In this document: piece after piece, positions 1-9,261 of the stretch
How the letters are laid out: each line of letters opens with the position of its first letter
Numbering within the stretch: the stretch's first letter is position 1
From: an uncultured candidatus Brocadiaceae bacterium
Lineage (GTDB): Bacteria > Planctomycetota > Brocadiia > SM23-32
Assembly: GCA_964421565.1 (NCBI GenBank)
Contig: CAYQXJ010000006.1
Location: forward strand, 154,679-218,678
DNA length: 64,000 nt
Direction: 5' to 3'
Program-made: the position numbers and the translations under genes
Notes under the pieces: model-generated
What the model was told of the DNA's origin: nothing
The model's input: only the letters and a program-made list of their open reading frames with translations
Database searches by the model: none

Positions 1-17
1 ACCGCGTCGCGGAGACA

Positions 18-743
18 GTGCCTGCCTCGGTTCTGGTCGGCGGGTTCTCGCCGCATGGCGGGCTGAACAGCGACGTTTTGTCGGAGTGGTGCGCGGATCT
101 GGGATTGCCCGTGGGGGGCAAGAAGGCCGACAAGGTGCAACGGTTGATCCGTCACTACGACGTGCTCCAGATGCCACCCCCTGAGGGTACCGACCCAAGG
201 GAGCGTCTTTATCAGTTCTTTGAGGAGCTTGCCTGTCGTGACACCGCGACCTTGAGGGCTCAGCATGTGGTCGACAAGGATGTCGAAATCGAGCGTTGCT
301 TCGAAGCAGCCACGGCCTACTTGTTTGAGACCAAGTTAAATCACGCGCCCTTGCGCCAGGCCGGCACGGAACACGCTGACGGCCGTCTGTCGTTCCGCGA
401 CGGTTATGTGCTATGGGACAACAAGAGCTCCGAGAATCCTGTATCGCTGCGGAATCACATCACCCAGTTTGACACGTACATCCAAAGGGCTGACAAGGAA
501 GTCCCCTTTTTCCTCGTCATCGCACCCGATTTCACGGAGGACTCCAAAGCTATAGCCCTCCAGTACACCGCCGAGCATATGGGTTGCAGCATTGTTCTGG
601 TAAAGGCGACTGAACTCAAAGAACTCGGCGAGCTGTGGGCCAATGAGGACAATAAAAGGTGCTCCGAGCCGTTCCCCCTCGGCTACCTTGCCCAGCCGGG
701 AAGGCTGCAGTTGGCCACGATCCGGACCTCTCTGAGTTTGTAG
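18..743 (+). CDS. Hypothetical protein with an N-terminal SAP-like DNA-binding motif and a C-terminal restriction-endonuclease-like (PD-(D/E)xK-type) region. It may continue upstream of the window.
   Basis: The ORF spans 18..743 with a GTG start, and the reading frame stays open back to position 1. Residues LSEWCADLGLPVGGKKADKVQRLIRHY fit a SAP helix-loop-helix. Later, FRDGYVLWDNKSS resembles a D...D/E-x-K nuclease core. Third-position GC bias is consistent with coding. Confidence 0.45.
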   Translation: MPASVLVGGFSPHGGLNSDVLSEWCADLGLPVGGKKADKVQRLIRHYDVLQMPPPEGTDPRERLYQFFEELACRDTATLRAQHVVDKDVEIERCFEAATAYLFETKLNHAPLRQAGTEHADGRLSFRDGYVLWDNKSSENPVSLRNHITQFDTYIQRADKEVPFFLVIAPDFTEDSKAIALQYTAEHMGCSIVLVKATELKELGELWANEDNKRCSEPFPLGYLAQPGRLQLATIRTSLSL

Positions 744-746
744 GCA

Positions 747-1691
747 TCAAGTCCCCGCCCGATCAGGGCCCGAGGGCTCGTAGTAGGTCTCGTACAGCCG
801 CTGGCGGCGGTGGATCAGCCCTTCGTTGAGTAGCGCGTGAACGTGCTTGACGGCCTCGTTCGCGCTGATCGCCAGGCCCTCGGCGACATCCTGCACCGTG
901 CACGGCCGGCGGCGAAGCATCTGCAGCACTTCCTGGCGCTGGGCCCGGCCCTCGGCTGTGAGCGGGGCCGCGGGCACCGGCGCAATGATCTCCGCGCGCG
1001 GACCGAATGCCTCCCGTATCTCCTGCAGCCGCATCGGGCAGGGCACGCGCACGTTCGACTCGGCGGGGGGGCGAACGGCCGTGTTGATCTGCACGCGATG
1101 GGGGTTGATGCGCTCGATGCACGACTTCAGTTTCGCGACCTGCTCGTCAGAGGCGTTGATCCCCTGAACGATGAAGACCTCAAGCCATATCTGTCCGGCG
1201 AACTCCCGCCGCAGCGCGGCGAGTCCCTCGACGGTGCGCTCAAGCGTCAGGCCGGGGTGCGGCCGGTTGATGAGTCGGAAGGTCTGCTCGTCTCCTGCGT
1301 CAAGCGACGGCAGCACAAGGTGCACGTCCGCGCACGCGGCCCGGACCCGGGGCAGGAAGAAGAGCGAACCGTTGGTGAGCAGCGCGACGGGCACGTCCGT
1401 CAACGCCGAGAGCGCGGATGCGATCTCGCCGAAGCTTGAGTGCAGCGTCGGCTCGCCGGAGCCCGCCAGCGTCACGTAGTCGGGCGGGGGGCCGTTGCGC
1501 AGCGCCTGGCGCACGTCGGCCACCACGGCGTCGGGCGGCGTGTACTGCCTGCGCTCCAGGGGCACGGTTGCCGCCGGGCCGAGCTGGCAGTAGACGCAGT
1601 TGAAGTCGCACGTCTTCAGCGGCACCAGGTCCACCCCGAGCGAGCGCCCGAGCCGCCGCGAAGGCACCGGTCCGTATGTGTACGTGCTCAT
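747..1691 (-). CDS. Radical SAM enzyme with a C-terminal winged-helix-like domain
   Basis: CDFNCVYC is a CxxxCxxC radical SAM motif near the N-terminus. GSGEPTL is a SAM-binding glycine-rich motif. The C-terminal RRRPCTVQDVAEGL...LIHRRQ region looks HTH-like. Confidence 0.7.
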   Translation of the reverse strand: MSTYTYGPVPSRRLGRSLGVDLVPLKTCDFNCVYCQLGPAATVPLERRQYTPPDAVVADVRQALRNGPPPDYVTLAGSGEPTLHSSFGEIASALSALTDVPVALLTNGSLFFLPRVRAACADVHLVLPSLDAGDEQTFRLINRPHPGLTLERTVEGLAALRREFAGQIWLEVFIVQGINASDEQVAKLKSCIERINPHRVQINTAVRPPAESNVRVPCPMRLQEIREAFGPRAEIIAPVPAAPLTAEGRAQRQEVLQMLRRRPCTVQDVAEGLAISANEAVKHVHALLNEGLIHRRQRLYETYYEPSGPDRAGT

Positions 1692-1776
1692 GCGGGACTC
1701 CGCAATGGTGTGGAACCCGCCGGGGTCGCAAGGCGGTAACCACGGCGCCCGGGCAGCCGTCTGCTCAGCTTTGCCT

Positions 1777-2157
1777 CTACGACGCCATCTTGATGTCGAT
1801 CACCGGCGAGCCGTCGAACGCGTCGAGGCCGTTCACGACGATCTCATTATCGCGGACCACCTGCACTTCGACCACGGTCGAGCCGATGGGGTTCGGCCGC
1901 ATGGGGCTGCGCAGTGCGAACACGCCGCGCTTCGGTTTGCGGCGATTGCCCCTGGGGTGGCCTTGCAGGATGGAGCGGGCTTCCTCGTCGAGCCGATGCA
2001 TCCACCACATCACCTGGATGCGGTCTCCGGGCTGGAGCCGCAGCAGGGCGGGCTTCAGTTCCGGCCGCACCTCGATGATGCACTCTCCTTCCGGGAACTC
2101 GTCGTCGTCGCGGTGGACGGTCGCCACGGGGCGAACGGTGTAGTTTCTTTCAGGCAT
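1777..2157 (-). CDS. TsaA/YaeB-like (UPF0066) domain protein, probably a SAM-dependent tRNA methyltransferase in the TrmO family
   Basis: RSPMRPNPIGSTVVEV matches the conserved RSPxRPNPIG motif of TsaA-like beta-barrel proteins. Confidence 0.65.
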   Translation of the reverse strand: MPERNYTVRPVATVHRDDDEFPEGECIIEVRPELKPALLRLQPGDRIQVMWWMHRLDEEARSILQGHPRGNRRKPKRGVFALRSPMRPNPIGSTVVEVQVVRDNEIVVNGLDAFDGSPVIDIKMAS

Positions 2158-2311
2158 AGCCCTTCCGTGCTACTTACTGACGAATCGTGGTACCCATGGT
2201 GATTGTAATGCGGGGGGCGCGGCTCGGCAACGGCGCGCTCCGTCGCAAGCGGCGCCCGGCTCTGCTATAGTGGAACGAGGACACGCACAGAAGGCGGGCG
2301 GAGAAGCGAGC

Positions 2312-3061
2312 ATGGCCAAGACGATAGTGGTAACCGGTCGGGGCGGGGTCGGCAAGAGCACGTTCACGGCGCTGGCGGCGAGATGCCTGGAGGGTGCGCC
2401 TCTGCTGATCGACGCCGATCCGGACCAGAGCCTTGCCCAGTTGCTCGGAGTCGACCTCTCCGAGCGGGGCGTCAACACCATATCCGACGCTCTCTACGAG
2501 CTGCAGCAGCCGGGGGATGAGCTCGGTTCGATGCCGCTCGCCGAGAAGGTGGACTACCTGGTCAACGTCAATTGCCTCTACGAGGCGAGCGGTTTCGACC
2601 TGATAACGCTCGGGGTCAAGTGGACGAGGGGTTGCTACTGCGCCCCGAACAGCGTGCTTCAGAGCGTGCTGCCGAGCCTGGCCGCGAACTACCGTTACGT
2701 GCTGGTCGACTCCCCGGCGGGGCTGGAGCATGTCAACCGCCGCATCGTCACCGACGTGGACAGCATCTTCGTGCTGATCGACCCTTCCGCGAAGTCGCTG
2801 CGCAACGCCGAACGGCTATCGGAGATCGCCGAGACCATAGGGGTCAGCTACCGACACCTGTACCTGGTCGGCAACCACCGGTTCACCCGGGCGATGGAGT
2901 CGCGCGCGCGCGAGCTGGACGGCGCCGTCTACCTCGGCCGCATGGTGGCGGACGAGCGGGTGGTGGCCGCCGACTGGGAGGGCGAGTCGCTGCTGGATCT
3001 GCCGGAGGATTCGCCCGCCGTGCGCTCGGTGCGGGACATCCTGGGGGGGGCCGCAGTCTGA
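2312..3061 (+). CDS. P-loop ATPase of the MinD/ParA/CooC family, possibly a CooC-like metallocentre maturation ATPase
   Basis: KTIVVTGRGGVGKSTF is a deviant Walker A motif (GKGGVGKST type). The ATG at 2312 is preceded by a GGAG Shine-Dalgarno sequence. A putative -10 element TATAGT lies at 2266-2271. Confidence 0.7.
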   Translation: MAKTIVVTGRGGVGKSTFTALAARCLEGAPLLIDADPDQSLAQLLGVDLSERGVNTISDALYELQQPGDELGSMPLAEKVDYLVNVNCLYEASGFDLITLGVKWTRGCYCAPNSVLQSVLPSLAANYRYVLVDSPAGLEHVNRRIVTDVDSIFVLIDPSAKSLRNAERLSEIAETIGVSYRHLYLVGNHRFTRAMESRARELDGAVYLGRMVADERVVAADWEGESLLDLPEDSPAVRSVRDILGGAAV

Positions 3062-3219
3062 AGGCAGTGCGCCGGGGGCCGCCCCGTGCGTCCCAACCGT
3101 GGGGTCGCCGACACTCCTTCTGCTTTCACTCTGCCGGGGGCGCTCGCTATAATCCGCGTAACCGCGGGTCTACGAAGCGCGGTATCTTGCCCGAGAGGGC
3201 GGCGCGTGCGGGAGCCGAG

Positions 3220-4170
3220 ATGTCGCAGGTTGCTGGCCAGCAAGATGCAGGGGCTGCCGGGGAGGTCTCCTCCACCACGCCGACCGAGGCGATGAGCCTG
3301 CCCCGGCAGGAGGCGCGCCGAGTGTTCGTGAAGGTGGACATGGAGGGCGTCAGCGGCGTGGTGAGCCCGCGCCAGTTGTGTCCCGGCAACGAGGAGTATG
3401 CTTTCGCGCGCCGCATGATGATGAGCGACCTGCAGGCGGTGCTCGAGGGCGCCTTCGCCGGCGGATGCCCGGAGGCGGTGGTGTATGATGCCCACGCCGA
3501 GGGGCTCAACGTGGACCTGACCGACCTGGACAGCCGCACCGTCGTCGTCAGCGGCCGGCCGGAGCTCCAGAACGGGTTCTTCTGCGGCGTGCACGACACC
3601 TTCAGTGCCCTCTTCCTGGTCGGCTTTCACGCGCGCGCAGGGGCCCCGCATGCACTGCTGCCGCATACTTTCGGCCCGGAGATAGCGGCTGTCCGGCTCA
3701 ACGGTTCCGAGCTCGGCGAGGTCGGGCTCGAGGCGGCGTTGGCGGGCGAGTTCGGTGTGCCGCTCGCCTTCGTCTCGGGCGATTCGGCCACTGTGCATGA
3801 GGGCCGCGAGCTGCTCGGCCCCGACCTGGAGGCCGTGGAGGTGAAGAAGGCCGTCTCCCCCGATAGCGCCATCTGTCTGCCCACCTCGCGGACGAAACGC
3901 ATGCTGCGCGAGGCGGCCACGCGCGCCGTGCGCAAGGTCGGCCAGTTGCCGCCCGTAGTCTTCCAGTCGCCCGCCACACTCCAGATCGTGTATCACCGAC
4001 AGCAGGATGCCGACCGCATGGCGGAAGCGAACGGGATCGAGCCGGCCGGCGAGCGGACGGTCCGCACGCAGGGCCCCACGGTGCTGGCCGCCTACAAGCA
4101 CTTCGTGCATGCCCGCCAGGGCATCGACCCCGGCACAGGCCCCGTGTCTCAGCCCACCCCGAGTTCCTGA
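3220..4170 (+). CDS. D-aminopeptidase DppA-like protein (peptidase family M55)
   Basis: VFVKVDMEGVSGV matches the M55 signature (ISADMEGxxGV) near the N-terminus. The ATG at 3220 is an internal start within the longer 2572 ORF frame. Confidence 0.65.
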   Translation: MSQVAGQQDAGAAGEVSSTTPTEAMSLPRQEARRVFVKVDMEGVSGVVSPRQLCPGNEEYAFARRMMMSDLQAVLEGAFAGGCPEAVVYDAHAEGLNVDLTDLDSRTVVVSGRPELQNGFFCGVHDTFSALFLVGFHARAGAPHALLPHTFGPEIAAVRLNGSELGEVGLEAALAGEFGVPLAFVSGDSATVHEGRELLGPDLEAVEVKKAVSPDSAICLPTSRTKRMLREAATRAVRKVGQLPPVVFQSPATLQIVYHRQQDADRMAEANGIEPAGERTVRTQGPTVLAAYKHFVHARQGIDPGTGPVSQPTPSS

Positions 4171-4685
4171 AGCGCGTGAGAATACGCCCGGTAATCGGCC
4201 GGGCTGAACAGCACGAACCGAACGAGTTCCAGCTCGCCCGGGTGCTCCCGCAGCCATTCGACGACGGTGCCCAGTGCGACCTTCGCAGCCTGGGCTATCG
4301 GGTAACCGTACGCCCCGGTGCTGATGGATGGAAATGCGACGGAACGCAGGCCGTGTTCGCGCGCCAGGTCGAGGCTGGAACGATAGGCGCCCGCCAGCAG
4401 TTCCCTTTCGCGTTCGCCGCCGCGCCAGACCGGCCCGACCGCGTGGATGACCCGCTCGGTGGCCAGGTCTCCGGCCGTGGTGAGGACGGCCGAACCCGTC
4501 TCGCATCCGCCGATTTCGCGGCACTCGCGCATGATGCTCGGCCCGCCGGCGCGGTGGATGGCTCCGTCCGCGCCCCCGCCCCCGCGAAGCCCCCGGTTGG
4601 CAGGGCTCACGATCGCGGCCACGTCCTGCTCCGTGATGTCGCCCTCCGTCAACTCCAGCGTCGTTCCGGCGATGTCGACCTTCAC
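4149..4685 (-). CDS. Macro domain protein (O-acetyl-ADP-ribose deacetylase, YmdB/MacroD-like)
   Basis: The motifs ITEQDVAAIVSPAN, a GGGGADGAIHRAGG glycine run and FPSISTGAYGYP are typical macro-domain motifs. Confidence 0.8.
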   Translation of the reverse strand: MKVDIAGTTLELTEGDITEQDVAAIVSPANRGLRGGGGADGAIHRAGGPSIMRECREIGGCETGSAVLTTAGDLATERVIHAVGPVWRGGERERELLAGAYRSSLDLAREHGLRSVAFPSISTGAYGYPIAQAAKVALGTVVEWLREHPGELELVRFVLFSPADYRAYSHALQELGVG

Positions 4686-4777
4686 CCGAGCACCTTTCTA
4701 TGTGTTTTATGTCGCTGCCATATAAGTATTTACGATTAGTGCGTGCAGGCCGCCGCGCGTTTCTGTCAGAGTGATCG

Positions 4778-4787
4778 TTGTATACAA
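4778..4787. promoter_or_regulatory. Perfect 10-bp palindrome TTGTATACAA between a promoter-like AT-rich stretch and the J-domain gene start; a candidate operator
   Basis: TTGTATACAA is its own reverse complement. It lies ~20 nt upstream of the GTG at 4808, in the divergent region shared with the macro-domain gene. Confidence 0.3.
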
Positions 4788-4807
4788 GACCTGCGGGAAG
4801 GGCAAGC

Positions 4808-5149
4808 GTGAACAGGGAACCGGACCACTACAGCGTGCTCGGAGTGGCCAGGGACGCCACTGCCGAGCAGATCAAGCACGCCTACCGCCGGCTGGCGCTG
4901 CAGACGCACCCTGATCGCCGCGGCAGCGACGGCGCGAACGAACGCTTCCGGCGCGTTCGCCGGGCATACGAGGTGCTACACGATCCGCAGAGTCGGCGCC
5001 GCTACGACCTGGAGAGTTCCGCGCCCCCGCGGGGCGACTCGTTTGCGGGCTTCTCACAGCTCTTCTCTCGTCTGATGCAGGGGCTGCGCACGCGTGCCGC
5101 AACGCCGCCCGACCTGCCCTCCGCCGACGAGCTGCGCCGGGCGGGATAG
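4808..5149 (+). CDS. J-domain (DnaJ-like) protein
   Basis: DHYSVLGV...AEQIKHAYRRLALQTHPDR contains the HPD tripeptide of J domains. I chose the GTG at 4808 over the TTG at 4778 because of the upstream GGGAAGGG Shine-Dalgarno sequence. Confidence 0.6.
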   Translation: MNREPDHYSVLGVARDATAEQIKHAYRRLALQTHPDRRGSDGANERFRRVRRAYEVLHDPQSRRRYDLESSAPPRGDSFAGFSQLFSRLMQGLRTRAATPPDLPSADELRRAG

Positions 5150-5151
5150 CC

Positions 5152-5868
5152 TTACAGCCCGCCGAACAGGCGCAGCACCGAACCCTCCAGCGCGGGCATA
5201 TCACCGCCGCAGAGCGTTGCCAGCACGTGCGCTATCTGTCCCGGCTGCACCCAACTGTCGTGGTCGGCCTCCGGCATGAGTTCGCGCGTGACGGGAGTGT
5301 CGATGATGCCGGGCATGATGGCGTTGACGGCGATGCCCGTGCCCTTCAGCTCCTCGCGCAGGGCCCGGGTGAGTGTGATGATGCCGCCCTTGGCGACGGC
5401 GTACGCCGTCGCGCCGGGCTGCAGGTCGATGGCCGCTTTGGAGGAGACGTTCACTATGCAGCCGGCCCCTGACTGACGCATTGCCTTCAGGGCATGCTTG
5501 CAGCACAGGAAGGCGGTCTTCAGGTTGCGCTCCATCATCTTGTCCCACGTGGCGAGTTCCGTCTCCCACACCCTCTGGCCGAAGGCGAAGCCGCCCACGA
5601 GGTTCAGCTGGGCGTCAATGTTGCCGAACTGATCGACTGCGAAGTCCATCACCTTGCGGACCTGCTCTTCGTCCGTCAGGTCCGCGCCGATGCCGCGGCA
5701 GTCGGCAGCCAGGCCGTCACCGAGTTCGCGGCGCAGCGAGTGCCAGCTCTCTTCGCTGTGCCAGGGCACCACAACGCGCGCGCCCTGCTGCAGGAAGCGG
5801 CGCGTGACGACGGTGCCCAGGTTGCCCGTTCCTCCCGTGATTACGGCGACCTTCTCGGCCAGTGTCAT
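5152..5868 (-). CDS. Short-chain dehydrogenase/reductase (SDR) family oxidoreductase
   Basis: VAVITGGTGNLG is a TGxxxGxG cofactor motif. YAVAKGG resembles the YxxxK catalytic motif, and IAVNAIMPG follows it. Confidence 0.8.
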   Translation of the reverse strand: MTLAEKVAVITGGTGNLGTVVTRRFLQQGARVVVPWHSEESWHSLRRELGDGLAADCRGIGADLTDEEQVRKVMDFAVDQFGNIDAQLNLVGGFAFGQRVWETELATWDKMMERNLKTAFLCCKHALKAMRQSGAGCIVNVSSKAAIDLQPGATAYAVAKGGIITLTRALREELKGTGIAVNAIMPGIIDTPVTRELMPEADHDSWVQPGQIAHVLATLCGGDMPALEGSVLRLFGGL

Positions 5869-5883
5869 GGCTCTGCCTCCCGC

Positions 5884-6564
5884 TCATTGCGGCGCCCGTG
5901 CCAGGAGTCTGGCCAGGCCGTGGCGATGCGGGCGCCCGTGGGTGTGGTCGGTCAGGCTGAACTCGCTGTACTGTTCCACTTCCAGTCCGGCAAACAGCCG
6001 CGGCAACTCGCCCGGAGCGAAGAAATGGCGCAGCAGGTCGGCGAACTCGCTCGCCGGCCCTTCGCCCGTGAATCCGGGATCGTGCTGGCTGTACTCCTCC
6101 ACCAACAGATAGCCTCCGGGCCGCAGCCCCTGCGTGATGTCACGGGCCAGGCCCGGTTGCCCGCCGGCGGGCACGAATCCGAGCACCGTAACGGCGAGCA
6201 CCAGGTCCCATGAGCGGGGCGCGATGTCGAACTGGCGGATATCCTGGCAGACGGCGCGCAGGCCGAGCCGTCGCCGGGCGGCCTGGCGGCGCAGACGGAC
6301 TATGCCGGCCGGCGCGCAGTCCACAGCCGTGACCCGGAAGCCCTGCCCGGCGAGGTAGAGGGCATTACGCCCGTAGCCGGCCCCGATGTCCAGCGCGTCG
6401 CCGGGCCGCCGCACGCACGGGCGCTCTATCAGCCTGCGCAGCGCCGGGCTCGGCTCCGGGCCGAAGTAACTTGCCGTTGCGTCGTAGCTTCTGTCGAAGG
6501 CGCCCCTTACGGCCGCATCCGACTGTTCTATGACCGATGACACAGCACCGCCCCCCTCTGGCAT
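5884..6564 (-). CDS. Class I SAM-dependent methyltransferase (TehB-like)
   Basis: ALDIGAGYGRNALYLA is methyltransferase motif I, followed by the VTAVDCAP acidic loop. Confidence 0.7.
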   Translation of the reverse strand: MPEGGGAVSSVIEQSDAAVRGAFDRSYDATASYFGPEPSPALRRLIERPCVRRPGDALDIGAGYGRNALYLAGQGFRVTAVDCAPAGIVRLRRQAARRRLGLRAVCQDIRQFDIAPRSWDLVLAVTVLGFVPAGGQPGLARDITQGLRPGGYLLVEEYSQHDPGFTGEGPASEFADLLRHFFAPGELPRLFAGLEVEQYSEFSLTDHTHGRPHRHGLARLLARAPQ

Positions 6565-6591
6565 ACCCCCTGACTTGCGACGTCCGATGCG

Positions 6592-7098
6592 TCACTCGAT
6601 GAACATGAACCAGTGCTGCGGCGCTCCGCAGATGGGACATTCCTCGGGGGGTTGCCCTTTGACGGTGTTGCCGCAACCGCGGCAGACGAACATGAGGGTG
6701 GGACGCAAGTCTTTGCCCTTCTCTTCGAGCCGCGTGATGGCTTCGCCGTAGAAGTCTCGGTGGATCTTCTCGACCTGGAACGCGTAGTCGAAGGTCTCCT
6801 CTGCGTCCTGTTTGCCCTCGTCCCTGGCCTGGTCGATGAAGCCGGGGTACATCGACTCGACCTCCTCGTTCTCCCCGGCGCGCGCCGCGTTCAGGTTGGC
6901 CAGTGTCTCGCCGACACCGTCCATGACTCCGAAGTGGTTGCCGGCGTGCACGCTCTCGGCGGCCGCCGCCGCGCGGAAGAGGCGAGCGATCATCGGAAAG
7001 CCGTCCGCCTGGGCCTTCTTGGCGAAGGCCAGGTATTTCTGGTTGGCCTGACTCTCTCCTGCGAACGCTGCTGCCAGATTCTGCTGTGTGTCACTCAT
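6592..7098 (-). CDS. rbr: Rubrerythrin
   Basis: The ferritin-like diiron domain (NLAAAFAGESQANQKYLAFAKKA...E..H) is followed by a C-terminal rubredoxin-like CRGCG...CPICG motif. The ATG at 7098 is preceded by a GGGGGAGG Shine-Dalgarno sequence. The longer 7194 ORF start is unsupported. Confidence 0.85.
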   Translation of the reverse strand: MSDTQQNLAAAFAGESQANQKYLAFAKKAQADGFPMIARLFRAAAAAESVHAGNHFGVMDGVGETLANLNAARAGENEEVESMYPGFIDQARDEGKQDAEETFDYAFQVEKIHRDFYGEAITRLEEKGKDLRPTLMFVCRGCGNTVKGQPPEECPICGAPQHWFMFIE

Positions 7099-7305
7099 CG
7101 GCACACGCCTCCCCCACAGTAGATGCTGCGAAAGGGCCGGAGGAACCCCCTTCTCCAGCGTTGCACTATAGTGTAACAGGTGGCCCCTGCCCATGCAACG
7201 GCTTGGGGCGGGCGTTTGGGGGCGGCCGGGGGCGCTTTCCCCAGCGGGGCCGTTGTGGTATGCTGCCAGGGGATGAGCAACGGATTGGTTGCCCGGAACA
7301 GCGCG

Positions 7306-7818
7306 ATGGAACTGAAGAAATACCCGGACCGTGTGCTGCGCACAAGGTGCCGCCCCGTGCGGGACGTGGACGACGCAGTGCTGCGGCGCGCCGAGCGTAT
7401 GCTGGATTTCATGTACGAGTCGGACGGGCTCGGCCTGGCGGGACCCCAGGTTGGCTGGACTCAGCAGATTGTGACCGTAGATGTCACCGGTGAGCGGGAG
7501 GGGCCCCGCATCTTCCTGAATCCCCGCATCGTGGAGATGCAGGGCGCCGCGGAGATCGAGGAGGGCTGTCTGAGCCTGCCGGGCGTCCGGATCGAGGTGC
7601 CGCGCGCCGAGAAGATCAAGCTCGTGGCCTACACCATCCGCGGTGAGAGGTTAGAGTTCGACTTTGAGGGCCTGCCCGCCATCGCGTGGCAGCACGAAGT
7701 GGACCACCTGAACGGTACGTTGATCATCGACCGGCTGCCTCCCACGCGGCTGATGGCCGTGCGGGACCAGTTGAAGCGACTGGAACACGCTCCTGCGCCG
7801 GAGCAAGTCGCCGAGTAG
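7306..7818 (+). CDS. def: Peptide deformylase
   Basis: GLGLAGPQVG, EGCLSLPG and QHEVDHLNG are the three canonical PDF motifs. Confidence 0.85.
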   Translation: MELKKYPDRVLRTRCRPVRDVDDAVLRRAERMLDFMYESDGLGLAGPQVGWTQQIVTVDVTGEREGPRIFLNPRIVEMQGAAEIEEGCLSLPGVRIEVPRAEKIKLVAYTIRGERLEFDFEGLPAIAWQHEVDHLNGTLIIDRLPPTRLMAVRDQLKRLEHAPAPEQVAE

Positions 7819-7847
7819 CGCCGAATCGCAAACCGGCATCACCGCCC

Positions 7848-8795
7848 ATGAGATTGCTCTTCTTCGGAACGCCCGATTTCGCCGTGCCCACGCTCCAGGC
7901 CCTGCACGGAGCGGGGCATGATGTGGCCGTCGTGGTGACCCAGCCTGACCGGCCGCGAGGACGCGGCGGCAGGATGGGGCAGACAGCCGTCAAGCGTGCG
8001 GCGACGGCGCTGCGGCTGGAGGTGATGCAGCCGCAGAGTGCGAACGACCCGGGCTGCGTCGATCAGTTGCGCGAACGGCATGCGGAGCTGGGTGTGGTCG
8101 TGGCCTACGGGCAGATTCTCAGCCCGGAGCTGCTGGCGGTGACGGAAGGGGGCTTCATCAACGTGCACGCGTCGTTGCTGCCGGACTACCGCGGCGCGGC
8201 GCCGATCAACTGGGCCATCATCCGGGGAGAAGAGGTGACGGGGGTGAGCGTCATCCGCATGAGCCCGCAGCTCGACACCGGCCCGGTCCTCGCCGAGCGA
8301 AGCGTGCCGATAATGCCCGATGAGGACGCGGGTGCGCTGCACGACCGGCTGGCCCGAGTCGGGGCGGCAGTCTGTTGCGACGTGGTAAACCGCCTCGACG
8401 CCGGTGAGCGCATGCAGGGTCGCCCGCAGCCGAAGCAGGGGGGCTTCTTCGCGCGCAAGCTCACCAAGCAGGACGGCCGACTGGACTGGAGCCTGCCGGC
8501 CGAGGTCATACGCAACCGTGTGCGCGGGCTGACGCCCTGGCCGGGGGCCTATTGCACCTTCGGGGGTGAGAGGCGCGAGGTGAGGGTGACGCTGCTTGCG
8601 GTCGAAGCCGCCGCCGACGGAGGCCGGGGCGCGCCGGGCACCGTGACCGACGTGGACCGGGGGGGCGGCATTGAGGTGCTGGCCGGGCAGGGGAGTGTTG
8701 TGGTCCGACGGCTCAAGCCCGCTGGCGGCCGCGAGATGGACGCCTCCGATTTCGTCCACGGCTACCGCGTGCGTCCGGGCGATCGCTTCGTCTGA
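7848..8795 (+). CDS. fmt: Methionyl-tRNA formyltransferase
   Basis: MRLLFFGTPDFAVP N-terminus, HASLLPDYRGAAPINWAI motif; immediately downstream of def (conserved def-fmt arrangement). Confidence 0.85.
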   Translation: MRLLFFGTPDFAVPTLQALHGAGHDVAVVVTQPDRPRGRGGRMGQTAVKRAATALRLEVMQPQSANDPGCVDQLRERHAELGVVVAYGQILSPELLAVTEGGFINVHASLLPDYRGAAPINWAIIRGEEVTGVSVIRMSPQLDTGPVLAERSVPIMPDEDAGALHDRLARVGAAVCCDVVNRLDAGERMQGRPQPKQGGFFARKLTKQDGRLDWSLPAEVIRNRVRGLTPWPGAYCTFGGERREVRVTLLAVEAAADGGRGAPGTVTDVDRGGGIEVLAGQGSVVVRRLKPAGGREMDASDFVHGYRVRPGDRFV

Positions 8796-8815
8796 TCCAC
8801 TGCGAGGGAAGAGCG

Positions 8816-9253
8816 TTGGCAAGCAAGTTCGTCAGCTTCATGAACGCCATTACCCGCCTGCGCCGAACGAGCTGCCGGCCGGGGGAGCTGCTCATACTGC
8901 TGCCCTCGTGCCTGCAATGCAGCGAGTGCCGGCAGAAGGTGACGGTGGACGTGCAGCAATGCCGTCGCTGCGGCCGCTGCAAGATCGGGGAGATACTGCA
9001 ACTGGCCGATGAGTACGGGGTTCGCTGCGCTGTGGCGACGGGGGGGCGGCTGGCGCTGGAGCTTTCGCAGGACGACGGAGTGAAGGCCGTGCTCGCCATC
9101 GCGTGCGAGAAGGAGCTGAAGGAGGGCATGGCCGCCGTCTTCCCCAAGCCTTCGCTCGGTGTCATCAACCTGCGGCCCAACGGCCCCTGCACGGACACCG
9201 ACGTTCACATGGACCGGGTGCGCGAGGCGCTGGAGTGGCTCTTGCGCAAATGA
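8816..9253 (+). CDS. DUF116-family Cys-rich protein
   Basis: About 145 aa with two CxxC pairs (CLQCSEC, CRRCGRC). It sits directly after fmt, a position DUF116 proteins often occupy. Confidence 0.55.
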   Translation: MASKFVSFMNAITRLRRTSCRPGELLILLPSCLQCSECRQKVTVDVQQCRRCGRCKIGEILQLADEYGVRCAVATGGRLALELSQDDGVKAVLAIACEKELKEGMAAVFPKPSLGVINLRPNGPCTDTDVHMDRVREALEWLLRK

Positions 9254-9261
9254 CGCACCGC

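Noticed and set aside
2929-4524. Very long ORFs on the strand opposite several well-supported genes (2929..4524 -, 13674..15380 -, 17964..19748 -, 22797..24737 -, 26774..29611 +, 44709..46520 +, 58011..59321 - upstream part)
   Set aside because: Their products are Arg/Pro/Gly-rich and low-complexity, with no motifs. They are mirror-frame artefacts expected in high-GC DNA where stop codons are rare. The opposite-strand genes have clear family signatures.
7164-7173. A 10-bp palindrome CACTATAGTG upstream of rubrerythrin, considered as a PerR/Fur-type operator
   Set aside because: It does not resemble the 7-1-7 Per/Fur box. The same CTATAGTG(G/T)AAC string recurs upstream of the CooC-like gene at 2264-2275. 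It is more simply read as a TATAGT -10 element plus flanking bases.
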